A stretch of DNA of 64,000 bases from an uncultured Clostridium sp. GTDB taxonomy: Bacteria > Bacillota > Clostridia > TANB77 > CAG-508. The stretch is from positions 9,635 through 73,634 of the forward strand of contig CANSII010000001.1 in assembly GCA_947646915.1 (NCBI GenBank), given 5' to 3'. The notes below the pieces were generated by a model that did no database searches, was not told where the DNA came from, and saw only the letters and a list, made by a program, of their open reading frames with translations. Each line of letters begins with the position of its first letter. The first letter of the stretch is position 1. Shown piece after piece: positions 43,159-54,159 of the stretch. A program made the position numbers and the translations under genes.

Positions 43159-46100
43159 TTTCTTTCATACCTACAAGTTTTATCATCTTTGCATAACCAT
43201 CTTCTATTACATATCCATAACTGCAACCACAATAATTAACTAAATCTGCCCTATCAGAAGTTACATTTATTAAGAATTGATCTTCAATTCCATCTCCTAC
43301 CCAAATTCCACTTTCCTTATTTACAAAGTTTTTATACCATTCATCATATTCATGATTTTTAAGTTTATTTGGATTTTCTATTATTATAAAATTATATTCT
43401 GCACTTTCTTCTACTTTTTTAAGAACTTCGCAAAACTCAAATTCATCTATTTCTGCATTAGCTAAAATTTTATCAATTCCTATAATCACACATAAAGAAT
43501 TTTTACCATCAGGAGCTTCTACTTTTTTATCTATTTCTTGTATTAAATTATTATATGCTCCTTTTATTCCGCTTCTTTTATTTTGCATTGCTTTCTCTGC
43601 ATCTAAAATACTAACATTAATATTTTCTAATTTATTTATTTGTTCTAATACATATGTTGAAAACTCAATTGCATTATCCATATTTTTTGATGTTATAATG
43701 TTCATAAAGTTCTTTGTAAAATCATATGTGTATATTTTAAGATCTTTTCTTGTCATTCCAACTGGTACTTGTTTTAAATCTACTAAATAATTACTTACAT
43801 CATTTATATAAATTCTATTTGGTATTGTTGGTATTGGAGTAGCTTTTAATTTATTTGATTTATTTAGTTCTTTTATTTTTTCCTCTATTAACATATTATA
43901 ATTTACATGTTCACATATTTTTGCAGTTTGAAATTCGAAAACTTCATTTCCCTCAATATTTATTAATCCTCTTCCAAATATGTGTGCTGGTTTCTTCTTT
44001 CCTACATTGTCAAAAATGTTACAATATTCATCTTCACTATTTAGTTGCAATGCTACTTTTCGACCAAAGTTTTGTGATAGACGATACCTCATATCATTAT
44101 ATGTGCTTACAGTTGTAACAAACATTACACCACATTTTAAGCCTTCTCTTGTTATTGTTAGTAATAATTCATCAAATTTATCTTCATAACTTTCAGAAAA
44201 TGCTTCATAGTTATTTATTATTACTACAAGTATTGGCATTTTTTCTTTTGATGATTTTATATATATACTGTAATCTCCATTATAGTCAGATAAGATTGTT
44301 TTTCTTGATTTTATTTCTTTTTGTAGCATTTCAAAAAATCTATCTAATTTTTCATCATCTCCATTAAATACTACATCTCCAACATGTGGGGCATTTGCAT
44401 ATATTTTTAATGCTTCACTTCCAAAGTCTAATATATAAAATTGTACTTGACTTGTTGTATAAGTAGTCATTAAATCATATATCATTGTACTTAATAATGT
44501 TTCTTTTCCACTTTCTGCATTTCCATATATAATTATATTTTCTTTATTTAATAAATTTGATTTTACTATTCCTTGTTTCTGATTTGATGGATCATCATAT
44601 TCTCCAAATGCTACTTCTATTTTATCATTGTCTACTTCTACATTATATTTCTTTCTTAATTCTTTTACATATATTGTATCAGGAATATTTTCTAACCATA
44701 AATTAGTAGTTCTAATTTGTTCTTCCTCTGCTAAATTACACATGTATTTTACTATATTTGTTAATTGTTCTCCTGCATTGTTCATCATTTGTTGTACTGT
44801 ATTATCTATCTTTTTTATTGGCAATCCTATGTTAGATATAAATTCAATAGAATTATCTACTTTCTTTTTAATTACTTCTGATGGAAAATATGATGCTCCT
44901 GCCCAACCTGATTGTCCTAATGTAAAGTATTCATCATTTCCAACTTGTAAATAAAATTGTCCTGCATTTTTCAAGTTTGATGCATCAGGTTTTTTAATAA
45001 CATCAAAACTATCTTGCGCATCTTGAACTTTTAAACATACTGCAAATCTACTGTTACTTTTAATTTGGTCATTTACTATACCTGCTGGCTTTTGTGTTGC
45101 TAATATAAGGTGAACTCCTAAGCTTCTACCTATTCTTGATACACTCATTAATTCATCCATAAATTCTTCTTGTTGTTGCTTTAGCTCTGCAAATTCGTCA
45201 CATATTATTAATAAATGTGGTATAGCTTCTTTAACTACTCCTTCATGATATAATTTTTGATATTTATATATATCTATTGTTCCTTCATCTGTCATGTTTC
45301 TTGCTTCATTAAATATTACTTGTCTTCTTCTTAATTCACTTTGTATTGATGTTAATGATCTTTGTAGTCCATTTGTATCTATGTTTGTAATTGTTCCTAC
45401 TAAATGGGGTAATTTAATATCATTTTTTTGGAATGCTCCTGCTAGTCCTCCACCTTTATAATCTATTAGTAAAAATGATACATCTTTTGGATGATAATTT
45501 ATTGCTAATGATAATATATATGTTATGATGAATTCACTTTTTCCTGAACCTGTTGATCCTGCAATTAATCCATGTGGTCCATGGAATTTTTCATGGACAT
45601 CTAGCACTATAGAATTTCCTGAGCTATCAATTCCTATTGGTGTTTTTAATGATAATGTGGAATCATTTCTTTTCCATCTATCTAAAATATTTAATTGCTC
45701 TATACGCCCTACATTAAACATTTCTAAGAATGTAAAGCTTTTTGGCAATGATGAGCTTCCTACTGTTTTATATCTTATTGGAATATTAGATAATATTTGA
45801 CATATTTTTTCAAATGGTATGTTATTTATTTGCTCTAATTTAACTTTTCTTTGTGTTGATGATGATATTTCATTATCAAATAACATACCTTCGCCATTTT
45901 CAATACTTATAAATGTTTTACATTCATTTGGTAATTGAACCAAGTCTTGTGTAATACATAATAAACTAAATCCTATATTTGTTTTTATTTTTAACATTTC
46001 TGTTATAAATCCTAAATTTTCTATTTGTTTATAATCATCTGTAATAATTAAATAATATGGTGAAAATGATTTATAATTTGCATCTTGATATTCGGTTCTG

Positions 46101-47749
46101 CTTTTTAAAACTTCTTCTAAATATCTTGATATTTCCTTCATATCTTCATAGTCTTCTGCAAAAAATCTGATCTGTTTTGTATCATCCCACACATGTGGCA
46201 ACATTTTTACATATTCCCATATTTTTAGCTTGTCCTTTTTTAGGAAAAATACTAATTTTAAATCTTCATAACTTTGAAATGTGATTAATTGCAAAATTAT
46301 ATTTTGTATATATCTTTCTTTTAATTCTTTATCTTTTAATATAATTGCAGATATATTCTTTTCTGCTAATGAAGTTACTATTGGTGTATCTTCTATAAAT
46401 TTTGATTCTTTTACTATATTACTTACTATTTCTCTTAAATTGTCATCTTCCATTTGAAACTGTTCTTCTGGATAATTTACATCTATTTTTAATGGTACAT
46501 CTCCTATTCCAATTCTTAATGAAAGAAAATCATGATCTTCGATTTTTCTTTCCCAAAGTCTTGAATTTTTGTTTAAAATTATATTAGCACATTGTTCTCC
46601 TGATGGATAATTTTCAAAAAGTATTTCTTTTTGTTTGTCCATTATATTATTTATTGTCATAATTTTTGAATTTAGATAGTGTTTATATCTTTTCTGTCTC
46701 TTTTCTTCATATTTAATTTTTTGCCTTTTATCATATTTTACATTTACAAATGGTATAAACAACATTGCAATAAGCATTACACCTGCTGTTATTAATGCAA
46801 TTACTGTTTCTTGTGTTGATGCAGTCCCATTTGCTTTTCCTTGTATAGCTGTTATTATGGAGATTATCATCATTACTCCCATTGATAGTGATGAACCAAG
46901 CACTAATAATAATGGGGTTTCTTGCTTTTCTTGTACATGTGGTGGTGCATCTATTTTTACTTTTTTGGTTTCTATTAAATTTGTTATTCTTGGTGCTCTA
47001 GAGTAATAATCTTCATCTTTATATATTTCTATTTCCCCATCTTCGTCTATTTCTATTTTATTTATTTGTGGTATATTATTTTGTATTTTACTTTTTTCAA
47101 AGTAATTTCTGTTATATGTGACATTTTCTTGTGTTTGGTTTATATATATGCTATCTTTCATCATGATGATTTTTAAGCCCATTATAAATATTACATCTCC
47201 ATTTGTTAATTCCTTTGGTTGGTTTAATACAGGCATATTATTCACAAATACTGCATATCTTTTGTCATAGTTTTCTATTATCCATTTTCCATTATTTTGT
47301 TTAATAACTGTATGAACATCTAATAATAAGGCATTATTATATATTATATGATTATTTCTACCACTTCCAATTGTAAATCCTTGTGTATTTTTTATGTCTA
47401 AATGTATGAAGTCTTTTTCATATACTTCTGCACAATATAAAATGTATACTTCACTAGAATTTCCTATTTTTACTGCATACATACTATTTTCTTTTAATGT
47501 GATTTTATTTAATGTGTTTCCTGTATCTTGCTTTACGGCACATTCTTCTCGTGTTATTATTAAACTTTTTGGATTGATCATTTTGGCGTAATTGTTTGTT
47601 GTTATTTGCCAATTTTCTCCGTTTCCTTCAATGTTTATTATCTTCTTTTCTTCTTTGCTAGATTTATCACTAATCCAATAGCTTCCAATTGGTTTTTTTG
47701 GTAAATTTATTCTATTTATTTCTTCTTTACCTATTAATGATACTTGCAA
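43139..47749 (-). CDS. essC: Type VII secretion ATPase EssC
   Basis: FHA-like N-terminus, 2 TM, HGPHGLIAGSTGSGKSE, IDYKGG, DEFAELK, LILATQKP, second ATPase GNAESGKE. Confidence 0.93.
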   Translation of the reverse strand: MQVSLIGKEEINRINLPKKPIGSYWISDKSSKEEKKIINIEGNGENWQITTNNYAKMINPKSLIITREECAVKQDTGNTLNKITLKENSMYAVKIGNSSEVYILYCAEVYEKDFIHLDIKNTQGFTIGSGRNNHIIYNNALLLDVHTVIKQNNGKWIIENYDKRYAVFVNNMPVLNQPKELTNGDVIFIMGLKIIMMKDSIYINQTQENVTYNRNYFEKSKIQNNIPQINKIEIDEDGEIEIYKDEDYYSRAPRITNLIETKKVKIDAPPHVQEKQETPLLLVLGSSLSMGVMMIISIITAIQGKANGTASTQETVIALITAGVMLIAMLFIPFVNVKYDKRQKIKYEEKRQKRYKHYLNSKIMTINNIMDKQKEILFENYPSGEQCANIILNKNSRLWERKIEDHDFLSLRIGIGDVPLKIDVNYPEEQFQMEDDNLREIVSNIVKESKFIEDTPIVTSLAEKNISAIILKDKELKERYIQNIILQLITFQSYEDLKLVFFLKKDKLKIWEYVKMLPHVWDDTKQIRFFAEDYEDMKEISRYLEEVLKSRTEYQDANYKSFSPYYLIITDDYKQIENLGFITEMLKIKTNIGFSLLCITQDLVQLPNECKTFISIENGEGMLFDNEISSSTQRKVKLEQINNIPFEKICQILSNIPIRYKTVGSSSLPKSFTFLEMFNVGRIEQLNILDRWKRNDSTLSLKTPIGIDSSGNSIVLDVHEKFHGPHGLIAGSTGSGKSEFIITYILSLAINYHPKDVSFLLIDYKGGGLAGAFQKNDIKLPHLVGTITNIDTNGLQRSLTSIQSELRRRQVIFNEARNMTDEGTIDIYKYQKLYHEGVVKEAIPHLLIICDEFAELKQQQEEFMDELMSVSRIGRSLGVHLILATQKPAGIVNDQIKSNSRFAVCLKVQDAQDSFDVIKKPDASNLKNAGQFYLQVGNDEYFTLGQSGWAGASYFPSEVIKKKVDNSIEFISNIGLPIKKIDNTVQQMMNNAGEQLTNIVKYMCNLAEEEQIRTTNLWLENIPDTIYVKELRKKYNVEVDNDKIEVAFGEYDDPSNQKQGIVKSNLLNKENIIIYGNAESGKETLLSTMIYDLMTTYTTSQVQFYILDFGSEALKIYANAPHVGDVVFNGDDEKLDRFFEMLQKEIKSRKTILSDYNGDYSIYIKSSKEKMPILVVIINNYEAFSESYEDKFDELLLTITREGLKCGVMFVTTVSTYNDMRYRLSQNFGRKVALQLNSEDEYCNIFDNVGKKKPAHIFGRGLINIEGNEVFEFQTAKICEHVNYNMLIEEKIKELNKSNKLKATPIPTIPNRIYINDVSNYLVDLKQVPVGMTRKDLKIYTYDFTKNFMNIITSKNMDNAIEFSTYVLEQINKLENINVSILDAEKAMQNKRSGIKGAYNNLIQEIDKKVEAPDGKNSLCVIIGIDKILANAEIDEFEFCEVLKKVEESAEYNFIIIENPNKLKNHEYDEWYKNFVNKESGIWVGDGIEDQFLINVTSDRADLVNYCGCSYGYVIEDGYAKMIKLVGMKENGDENE

Positions 47750-47764
47750 CCCCCTTTATCCTCC

Positions 47765-47835
47765 TTTCACTTCGCTTCGCTTCGTTCATCGTCATCCAAG
47801 ATTTTTTTCAAAAATCTTGTCTGCCAAATCTTTCC
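47765..47835. repeat. REP-like unit related to 5688-5880
   Basis: CTTCGCTTCGTTCATCGTCATCCAAGATTTTTTTCAAAAATCTTGTCTGCCAAATC. Confidence 0.8.
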
Positions 47836-47912
47836 TATAGTAAGTTACAAATCCAGTGTGCGCTAGCTTAACTGGATTTTTTTTAATTTATTTTATTGTG
47901 CCTATATTATGA

Positions 47913-48317
47913 TTATTTTTTATTTTTTCCTGCTAATAAATCTGTCTCTACCAATCTTTTTAGTGTTTCCTTAAATTCTTTTTCTTCTTCATCTACTAAT
48001 CCTAAATGATATATTTCTTCTATTTGTTCATGATCAAATAGACATGTTTGTGTTGATGATAAAAATCCCTCTGGATACATACATCCACTATAATCCCATA
48101 CTTTTCCTTGTTTTTCTTGGTCTATTGCACAGAAGCCTGTTATCATTACTCTTTTACTTCCTCCTTTTAACATTGCTACTGTTCCTATTGGTAAGTATTT
48201 TTCTTGTATTTTTTCTCCTTCTGTTTTCTTTTCAGCTACTTTCTTTGTTGTTTTTGCTCCTCCTTTTGTTGTTTTCTTTGCACTTTCTTTTTCTTCCATT
48301 TTATCTTTCCTCCTCAT
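47913..48317 (-). CDS. DUF4176 family T7SS accessory protein
   Basis: YLPIGTVAMLK, VMITG, WDYSGCMYPEG, FDHEQI. Confidence 0.88.
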   Translation of the reverse strand: MRRKDKMEEKESAKKTTKGGAKTTKKVAEKKTEGEKIQEKYLPIGTVAMLKGGSKRVMITGFCAIDQEKQGKVWDYSGCMYPEGFLSSTQTCLFDHEQIEEIYHLGLVDEEEKEFKETLKRLVETDLLAGKNKK

Positions 48318-48359
48318 TTTTTTAATTTTCTTTATTTTTTTAATTCTATGTTATTATTG

Positions 48360-51300
48360 TTAATTAAAAAGTTCATTTACTCTTGATGTTACTGTTCTAG
48401 CTTTATTTGCTTTAATTAAATCCATTTGATGATCTAATCCTACTTTTAGAGAATATAAACTAGATAACATCTTACCTTGTACAGGTAATAAATTTTCATC
48501 AAAAGTATCAAAAATTTCCTTTGATACTTCTTTATATTGTAATTTTCTATTAACTTTATCTAAAACAAAATATGCTTTTTCTGCCTGTAATCCCATATCT
48601 TTAAATTTAAATTCTCCATTCCATAAAAGAGCTTGATCATCTTTAAATCTATACCTAAAATTATCTAATACATCTTCAGTTGTTTTTATTCTTACAGCTG
48701 TCATTTTCTTTTCTATTTTATCTAAATTCAATGCTACATCTCCAACTGAAGGTGTACCAGCAAAGAAAAAGCTTGAAGGTTTACCATATGACATCATTGC
48801 TCCTGTTTTTTTAACGTATCCTGAAGATATTATAGCATCAACTGAATTCTCAGAAGTAAAATGTAATATTCCTTCTTTAAGAGCTTTATTCTTAAGTGAA
48901 ATATTTTTTGATAGACTTTCTTTAAATATTTTATTATATATTCCTACCATAGATAGTGGTATTTCTTTTGTAATTGTCTTAAATACACTAGTTTGTTTTG
49001 CACCAGTTTGTTCTATTGCATTTTCAAGCATATCATTTCCTTCATTATTTAAATTTACCTCCCCATTTTCAATATTCTTTTTTTTAATTGTTGATGAACT
49101 TGTATTTAACTCATGGAAGTTTGTATAATTATAAATTTTTCCATTTACATTTATAATCAAAGCATTTGGATTATCAAATTCTTCCAAAAAGTTAGGTGGC
49201 AATTCATCTAAACTATTTACTTTTAATTCATATATACGTTCCTTATTTGTATGGTACTTTGCATCAGCTATTTTTTGTTCTATAGTTAGTTCACTCCTTG
49301 AATTAATAGTTCCTGGTAATCCATTAGGATATTTAGCATTTACAAATGATACTTTTTCTCCTTTTACGAAAAAAAATACACTTTCTGGATTTTCTATTCG
49401 ATCAAATAAATCTTTTGGTATTTGATCTAAACTATCAACTGATATTCCGTAAAAACGACCTTTCATTGTATGATAATTTGCTAGCTCTATTTGCTCATCA
49501 AAATTTATTGTATTTGTATTTACATCTATATTACTTGTGACTTGGCCTGACATTGATGAATTTGCTTGTTTTATAATTCTTGAAGAATCCAATACTCCAT
49601 TAGAATCACATCCAATAAATCCAACATTGTATTTTGGATCTATACTATAAACTCCTAATTCCGAATTATACTTTAACATATCTTCTAGTGAAGTACCTTT
49701 TGGAACCTTGACTATCATTGCTCCATCAATAGCATTACCACCTTGACTAAATCCATTAGCTCCTTTTAACTTGTCGACTAATCCTAATAATCCTGTGCCA
49801 GTAACATCTGTTACTGTATTTCCTAAATCAATATCTGAAATATTTCTAGTTGTACTATTAACATTATTCATTCTACTTGCTGCATTTCCATTACAATATA
49901 TACCATTTTGCATGATTGACTCTAAATCTTTACTATGAATTGTCTTTACAAAAATCTGACTATCATCATCAAATAATCCTTTAAGGAATTTTCCTGTATT
50001 TTCATCTAAGAAACCTTTAGAATTTATATTATTTAAGATTTTACTCATTTCTTCTTCAGTAAAAAATCCTTGTCTAAGTTTTGCCTTAAAAAAGTCTCCT
50101 AAATCATTAGTATTAAGTTGAAATCCATGTTCAGGATCAATAATGTTAACATCAATATTCTCATTAGAATTAACTTTTTTAGTTTTTAAATTTATTGTTT
50201 CTCCTCCAATTGAACCAATTAGTCCAACACCAACACTTGTAAGAACAGACTTCCAAGCACCTTGCTCCATCCAAGATTGTTCTAAACTTTTATCATGAAC
50301 TAAAGCATCTACCAATGTTCTATAAGGTGTATCAAGTGCATTAAATGCTGTATCTGCACTAACTCTTACTGCAGAATTAGTCATAGAAGATGCTCCATTT
50401 ATAACAGTTCCTGCCAATTTAGCACCAACATAATATTGGATACCTTCCCAAACACCATTTGCAGCACCATATATTATACCTTTAATACCATTTTCTAAAG
50501 TTCTCCAATCATCTGGCATCTCACGAATTTGTTTCATTTGATTATACATTTCTTCTGTTATATTTCCACTGTCAAAATCTGCTTTTATAGCTTCCCATTG
50601 TTCATCACTAAATCCTCTGATTGCAACAAAAGAATCGTATTGTTCTTGAGAAATTTCTCCTTTATCTTTCATTCGCTCTATGCCTTCCCATGATGAATCT
50701 CTAGCCTTCTCCCAACTTTCTGCTGTGTATTTTCCTGCTCCTGCTGCAGTAGCATACCCAGCACTAACTGCTGCTGATGAAAGAATTCCTAAACCTCCCA
50801 ATCCACCTGTAGCGACTGTTAAAGCTATAATTCCTGAAACATATCCTAGTCCTGAAGCTATATTAGTTATAAGTCCATCTGATTTACACAAATCAATCGC
50901 ATTATCATCCAGCCACTGTCCTACTTTATTATTTTGGTAAAAATTTTTAAATTTATTTTCTGTTTGATTTTCTGCAACATATCCCATAACCCCCTTCCAC
51001 ATACCTTTTGTAGTAGAAGACCAATCATCTGTATCGCCAGTAATAGAACTAATCCCATATGTTATTCCATCATAAATTCCAGTAGCAATACTTGCAACTC
51101 CTGTACCCACTATTGCAATTATATCAGTAAATGCCTCAACTAAACTATTAAGACCTTTAAGAACACCAATAAATACATTTGCAACAGAAGCAATTGTTTT
51201 TTTCACAGCAGATTTAGTCCAATCCCAAGCATCTGATATTCCATCTTTTGCCCAATTCCAAACACTTGAAACACCTTCTTTAGCCCAATCCCAAGCATCT

Positions 51301-51980
51301 GATGCTTTCTCTTTTGTCCAATTCCACGCCTTAGATGCTCCATCTTTTACCAAATCAATAGTATCTGATACAACACAACCTACTTTATCAATTGCATTTA
51401 TTACATTATCTACAATTGTACTTTCTACACCACCAGCAATATAAGTTCCAGTAATCATTGATTTTGACATACTATTTGCAACAGATTTCACAGCCTGAGC
51501 AGATGTAGCTTTCATTACATCTTTCATACTAATTGCATTATTTTCTTTATAACTTAGTATATTATAAACTGTATTTTTAGTAGTATTTACTATATTATTT
51601 GCAATTTTAACGTTTACAGCATTTTCATCAACAACAGTACCTGAACCAGCTTGTCTAATTTTTGCACTTTTTAAACTTGTAGCCATACCTTTAGTACTAG
51701 CATTTATACTATTTACTAAATTTTTATTTTTATTTTCAAGATTTTTAAATGAATTTACAGACTGATCCATCCATTTTTCTATACTATAAATTCTTGTTTG
51801 TATATTAAAAATCTCAGCAGGTATACGTTTTAATCTAGAGGCATATGTAAAATCACCTGGTATGCTTGCTATATTTAGATATCTTTTTGCATCATCTAAA
51901 TATTTTTTACCATTCCTTAGTATTGGCTTTACTTTATTCTCTAAATTATTTACATCAACACTTAACATTTGTAATCTCAT
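48360..51980 (-). CDS. Putative T7SS polymorphic effector, 1206 aa
   Basis: Helical N-terminus, Trp 11-mer repeats, Gly/Ala-rich hydrophobic segments, globular C-terminal domains; inside the T7SS locus. Confidence 0.7.
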   Translation of the reverse strand: MRLQMLSVDVNNLENKVKPILRNGKKYLDDAKRYLNIASIPGDFTYASRLKRIPAEIFNIQTRIYSIEKWMDQSVNSFKNLENKNKNLVNSINASTKGMATSLKSAKIRQAGSGTVVDENAVNVKIANNIVNTTKNTVYNILSYKENNAISMKDVMKATSAQAVKSVANSMSKSMITGTYIAGGVESTIVDNVINAIDKVGCVVSDTIDLVKDGASKAWNWTKEKASDAWDWAKEGVSSVWNWAKDGISDAWDWTKSAVKKTIASVANVFIGVLKGLNSLVEAFTDIIAIVGTGVASIATGIYDGITYGISSITGDTDDWSSTTKGMWKGVMGYVAENQTENKFKNFYQNNKVGQWLDDNAIDLCKSDGLITNIASGLGYVSGIIALTVATGGLGGLGILSSAAVSAGYATAAGAGKYTAESWEKARDSSWEGIERMKDKGEISQEQYDSFVAIRGFSDEQWEAIKADFDSGNITEEMYNQMKQIREMPDDWRTLENGIKGIIYGAANGVWEGIQYYVGAKLAGTVINGASSMTNSAVRVSADTAFNALDTPYRTLVDALVHDKSLEQSWMEQGAWKSVLTSVGVGLIGSIGGETINLKTKKVNSNENIDVNIIDPEHGFQLNTNDLGDFFKAKLRQGFFTEEEMSKILNNINSKGFLDENTGKFLKGLFDDDSQIFVKTIHSKDLESIMQNGIYCNGNAASRMNNVNSTTRNISDIDLGNTVTDVTGTGLLGLVDKLKGANGFSQGGNAIDGAMIVKVPKGTSLEDMLKYNSELGVYSIDPKYNVGFIGCDSNGVLDSSRIIKQANSSMSGQVTSNIDVNTNTINFDEQIELANYHTMKGRFYGISVDSLDQIPKDLFDRIENPESVFFFVKGEKVSFVNAKYPNGLPGTINSRSELTIEQKIADAKYHTNKERIYELKVNSLDELPPNFLEEFDNPNALIINVNGKIYNYTNFHELNTSSSTIKKKNIENGEVNLNNEGNDMLENAIEQTGAKQTSVFKTITKEIPLSMVGIYNKIFKESLSKNISLKNKALKEGILHFTSENSVDAIISSGYVKKTGAMMSYGKPSSFFFAGTPSVGDVALNLDKIEKKMTAVRIKTTEDVLDNFRYRFKDDQALLWNGEFKFKDMGLQAEKAYFVLDKVNRKLQYKEVSKEIFDTFDENLLPVQGKMLSSLYSLKVGLDHQMDLIKANKARTVTSRVNELFN

Positions 51981-52011
51981 TCCTCTCTAAGAACATTATG
52001 CGAAAAACTTT

Positions 52012-52686
52012 TTATTGCATTCTACTTAGTTCCTCCATTAATCTTGTATTTTCTTGGTTCAAACTGTTAATTACACTTTGAAAATGCGATATAGATGATC
52101 TATATGAATTTATTGTATTATTGTGAGATTTTATTTCTTCTCTTAATCTACATCTTTCCCTATCTAAAAGACGTATATAAGATTGTTTTTGCTCTATTAA
52201 TCCATTATAATTATCAATTTTATCAATAATTGATCTTATTTTATTATTTGAAGTAAGTAAAATTTTATCTCTTAATTCACTTATAAGTCCTTCTATTTTT
52301 CTATTTTCATTATTCAATTCTTTTACTTTTTGATTTGCAGATGTACTAGAATAATACTTCTTTAATAAATCACTACCATTTGTATACTGTTTATTAGCTG
52401 CTTTCAAATATGTTATAGAATGGTTTATATAATTATTCATATTTTGATATTTTGCCTTGCTCTCATTAAATTGACTTATTTCTCTTTTCAAGTTACCTAT
52501 TTGTGAATATTCTTTATTTATTCCATCAGTATCTTTTTGAATTTGTTGATTTTTTTTATTTATCTGATATGTAACAGTACTAATATTAGAATTAGTCTCA
52601 TTTAATTGCCTTAAATAATTATTTATTGAAATTTCATTATTTCTTATTTTTTCTCTTTTACTTTCAATTAAACTTGGATCAACCAT
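52012..52686 (-). CDS. Coiled-coil protein, probable T7SS substrate or partner
   Basis: Heptad-rich and N/Q/K/S-rich; between the WXG100-like gene and the effector. Confidence 0.6.
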   Translation of the reverse strand: MVDPSLIESKREKIRNNEISINNYLRQLNETNSNISTVTYQINKKNQQIQKDTDGINKEYSQIGNLKREISQFNESKAKYQNMNNYINHSITYLKAANKQYTNGSDLLKKYYSSTSANQKVKELNNENRKIEGLISELRDKILLTSNNKIRSIIDKIDNYNGLIEQKQSYIRLLDRERCRLREEIKSHNNTINSYRSSISHFQSVINSLNQENTRLMEELSRMQ

Positions 52687-52817
52687 GAAATTTTTCCTTT
52701 CTATAATTTATTAATTTAGTAATAATTCATAAATATTTTGTTTAATAACCGCAGAATACAATTATCAAGCAAAATACTTATAAATTATTTTCATTTATAA
52801 GTATTTTTAGTACAAAA

Positions 52818-53441
52818 TTATTTAACAGTATTTGCACTTTCTGCTGATTGAACATCATTTAATGCTTGTGACATTAATTGTTTAAATTGAGTATTTATTT
52901 CATCAAATGCAGTAATTATACTTGATTTTAATTTTGTAAATTTTGCTTTAAAAGCGTCAGAAGCTTCAGATTGCCATTCTATTCTATTATAAGCACTTTC
53001 AACAGCATTCATTTTATCTTTTGCATTACTAAAATTATTTGACACATTTTGTTGTGTTGTTTGAACCTCAGATGTAAGGAATTTCATTCCAACATCATTA
53101 GATAAAGTTAAATTTGTAATTTTCTTTGGAGCACTTTTACTTGCACTTGTTACATTTGACCCTCTATCTGCTTGTGCATAATTATTTGCAACAGTTTCAA
53201 GAGTATAAGGTATTTCTCCAACAACAAGTTCTAATAACTCATTTATTTGAGGTATTATACTATTAAATGATTTAACTAATTCATTATATCTTTTACCATA
53301 CCAATTAGTATGCATATCAGCTATACTTTTATATGCTTTTGTAAGTTCAGAATTAAGACTTTCTCCTTGTGCTCTCATCTGTTTAGCTTGTGCTGGTATA
53401 GCTTCATAATTAACATTTTGAATTTTTGCCATATTATTCAC
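52818..53441 (-). CDS. Tandem WXG100-like protein
   Basis: Two ~100-aa helical halves centred on NWYG and EWQS. Confidence 0.75.
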   Translation of the reverse strand: MNNMAKIQNVNYEAIPAQAKQMRAQGESLNSELTKAYKSIADMHTNWYGKRYNELVKSFNSIIPQINELLELVVGEIPYTLETVANNYAQADRGSNVTSASKSAPKKITNLTLSNDVGMKFLTSEVQTTQQNVSNNFSNAKDKMNAVESAYNRIEWQSEASDAFKAKFTKLKSSIITAFDEINTQFKQLMSQALNDVQSAESANTVK

Positions 53442-53492
53442 CTCCCTAAAAAATATAAGTTTTAAAGCTATTTGTCTAAAAATGACAAATAA

Positions 53493-53534
53493 CAGAGATA
53501 TTATGTAAATCGTTAAACATACATAATATCTCTG
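53493..53534 (-). terminator. Terminator/attenuator upstream of the T7SS genes
   Basis: 15-bp perfect IR CAGAGATATTATGTA/TACATAATATCTCTG followed by TTATTTGT on the minus strand. Confidence 0.65.
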
Positions 53535-53650
53535 CTATTTTTTATATATATAATATTCAAACTTGCACTATAAGTATTATTATTTAAAATACCTGTGTGT
53601 GTGTGTGTGCGCGTGTGTGTGTACTCTCTCAAGGCTTTTACGTTTTTCAT
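53513..53650 (-). CDS. Putative 45-aa leader peptide containing an (AC)n microsatellite
   Basis: GGAG SD; MKNVKALREYTHTRTHTHTGILNNN...DIMYV*; stop codon lies in the hairpin loop. Confidence 0.55.
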   Translation of the reverse strand: MKNVKALREYTHTRTHTHTGILNNNTYSASLNIIYIKNSRDIMYV

Positions 53651-53862
53651 TTTTTCTCCATTTCTTAACAAATTAACTTTCATTGTCATTATAAATAATA
53701 TTTTACTTTTTTGTCAATACTTTTCACAATAAAATTTGACTATAAAATTTTTTTGTTACAATTCACATTTTTTTCATACAATTATTAATTGTATCGGAAA
53801 ATTTTCGATTCTTCCTATACTAGAACAAAAGAGGCATTATTAAAATATAATATTTAACATTG

Positions 53863-54076
53863 TTTAAGTTTCGGTGTTTTTATTTTATACATTTAATAAT
53901 AGAAAAAAGATATATATTTCAAAGTGAGTTTGACCTGAGTTGTTATTCACTTTAACCTGTTATAGTGTGTTTCTATACTTTGAATTTTCAGTTTCTTAGA
54001 CTCCTTGGAAAACTGAACTGCAAAATATATATTTTTTTCTATATAATATATTTTTTGCAAAAAGCCGAAACTTAAA
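53863..54076. repeat. Family A repeat with outer IR TTTAAGTTTCGG/CCGAAACTTAAA
   Basis: Conserved core enclosed by nested inverted repeats. Confidence 0.75.
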
Positions 54077-54159
54077 TAATATTTTCTTTCCTTGACTTTT
54101 ATTATTTCTTAATGTAAAGTATAATAAAAGCTAAAAACAATTAAAGGAGTAAAAACATT

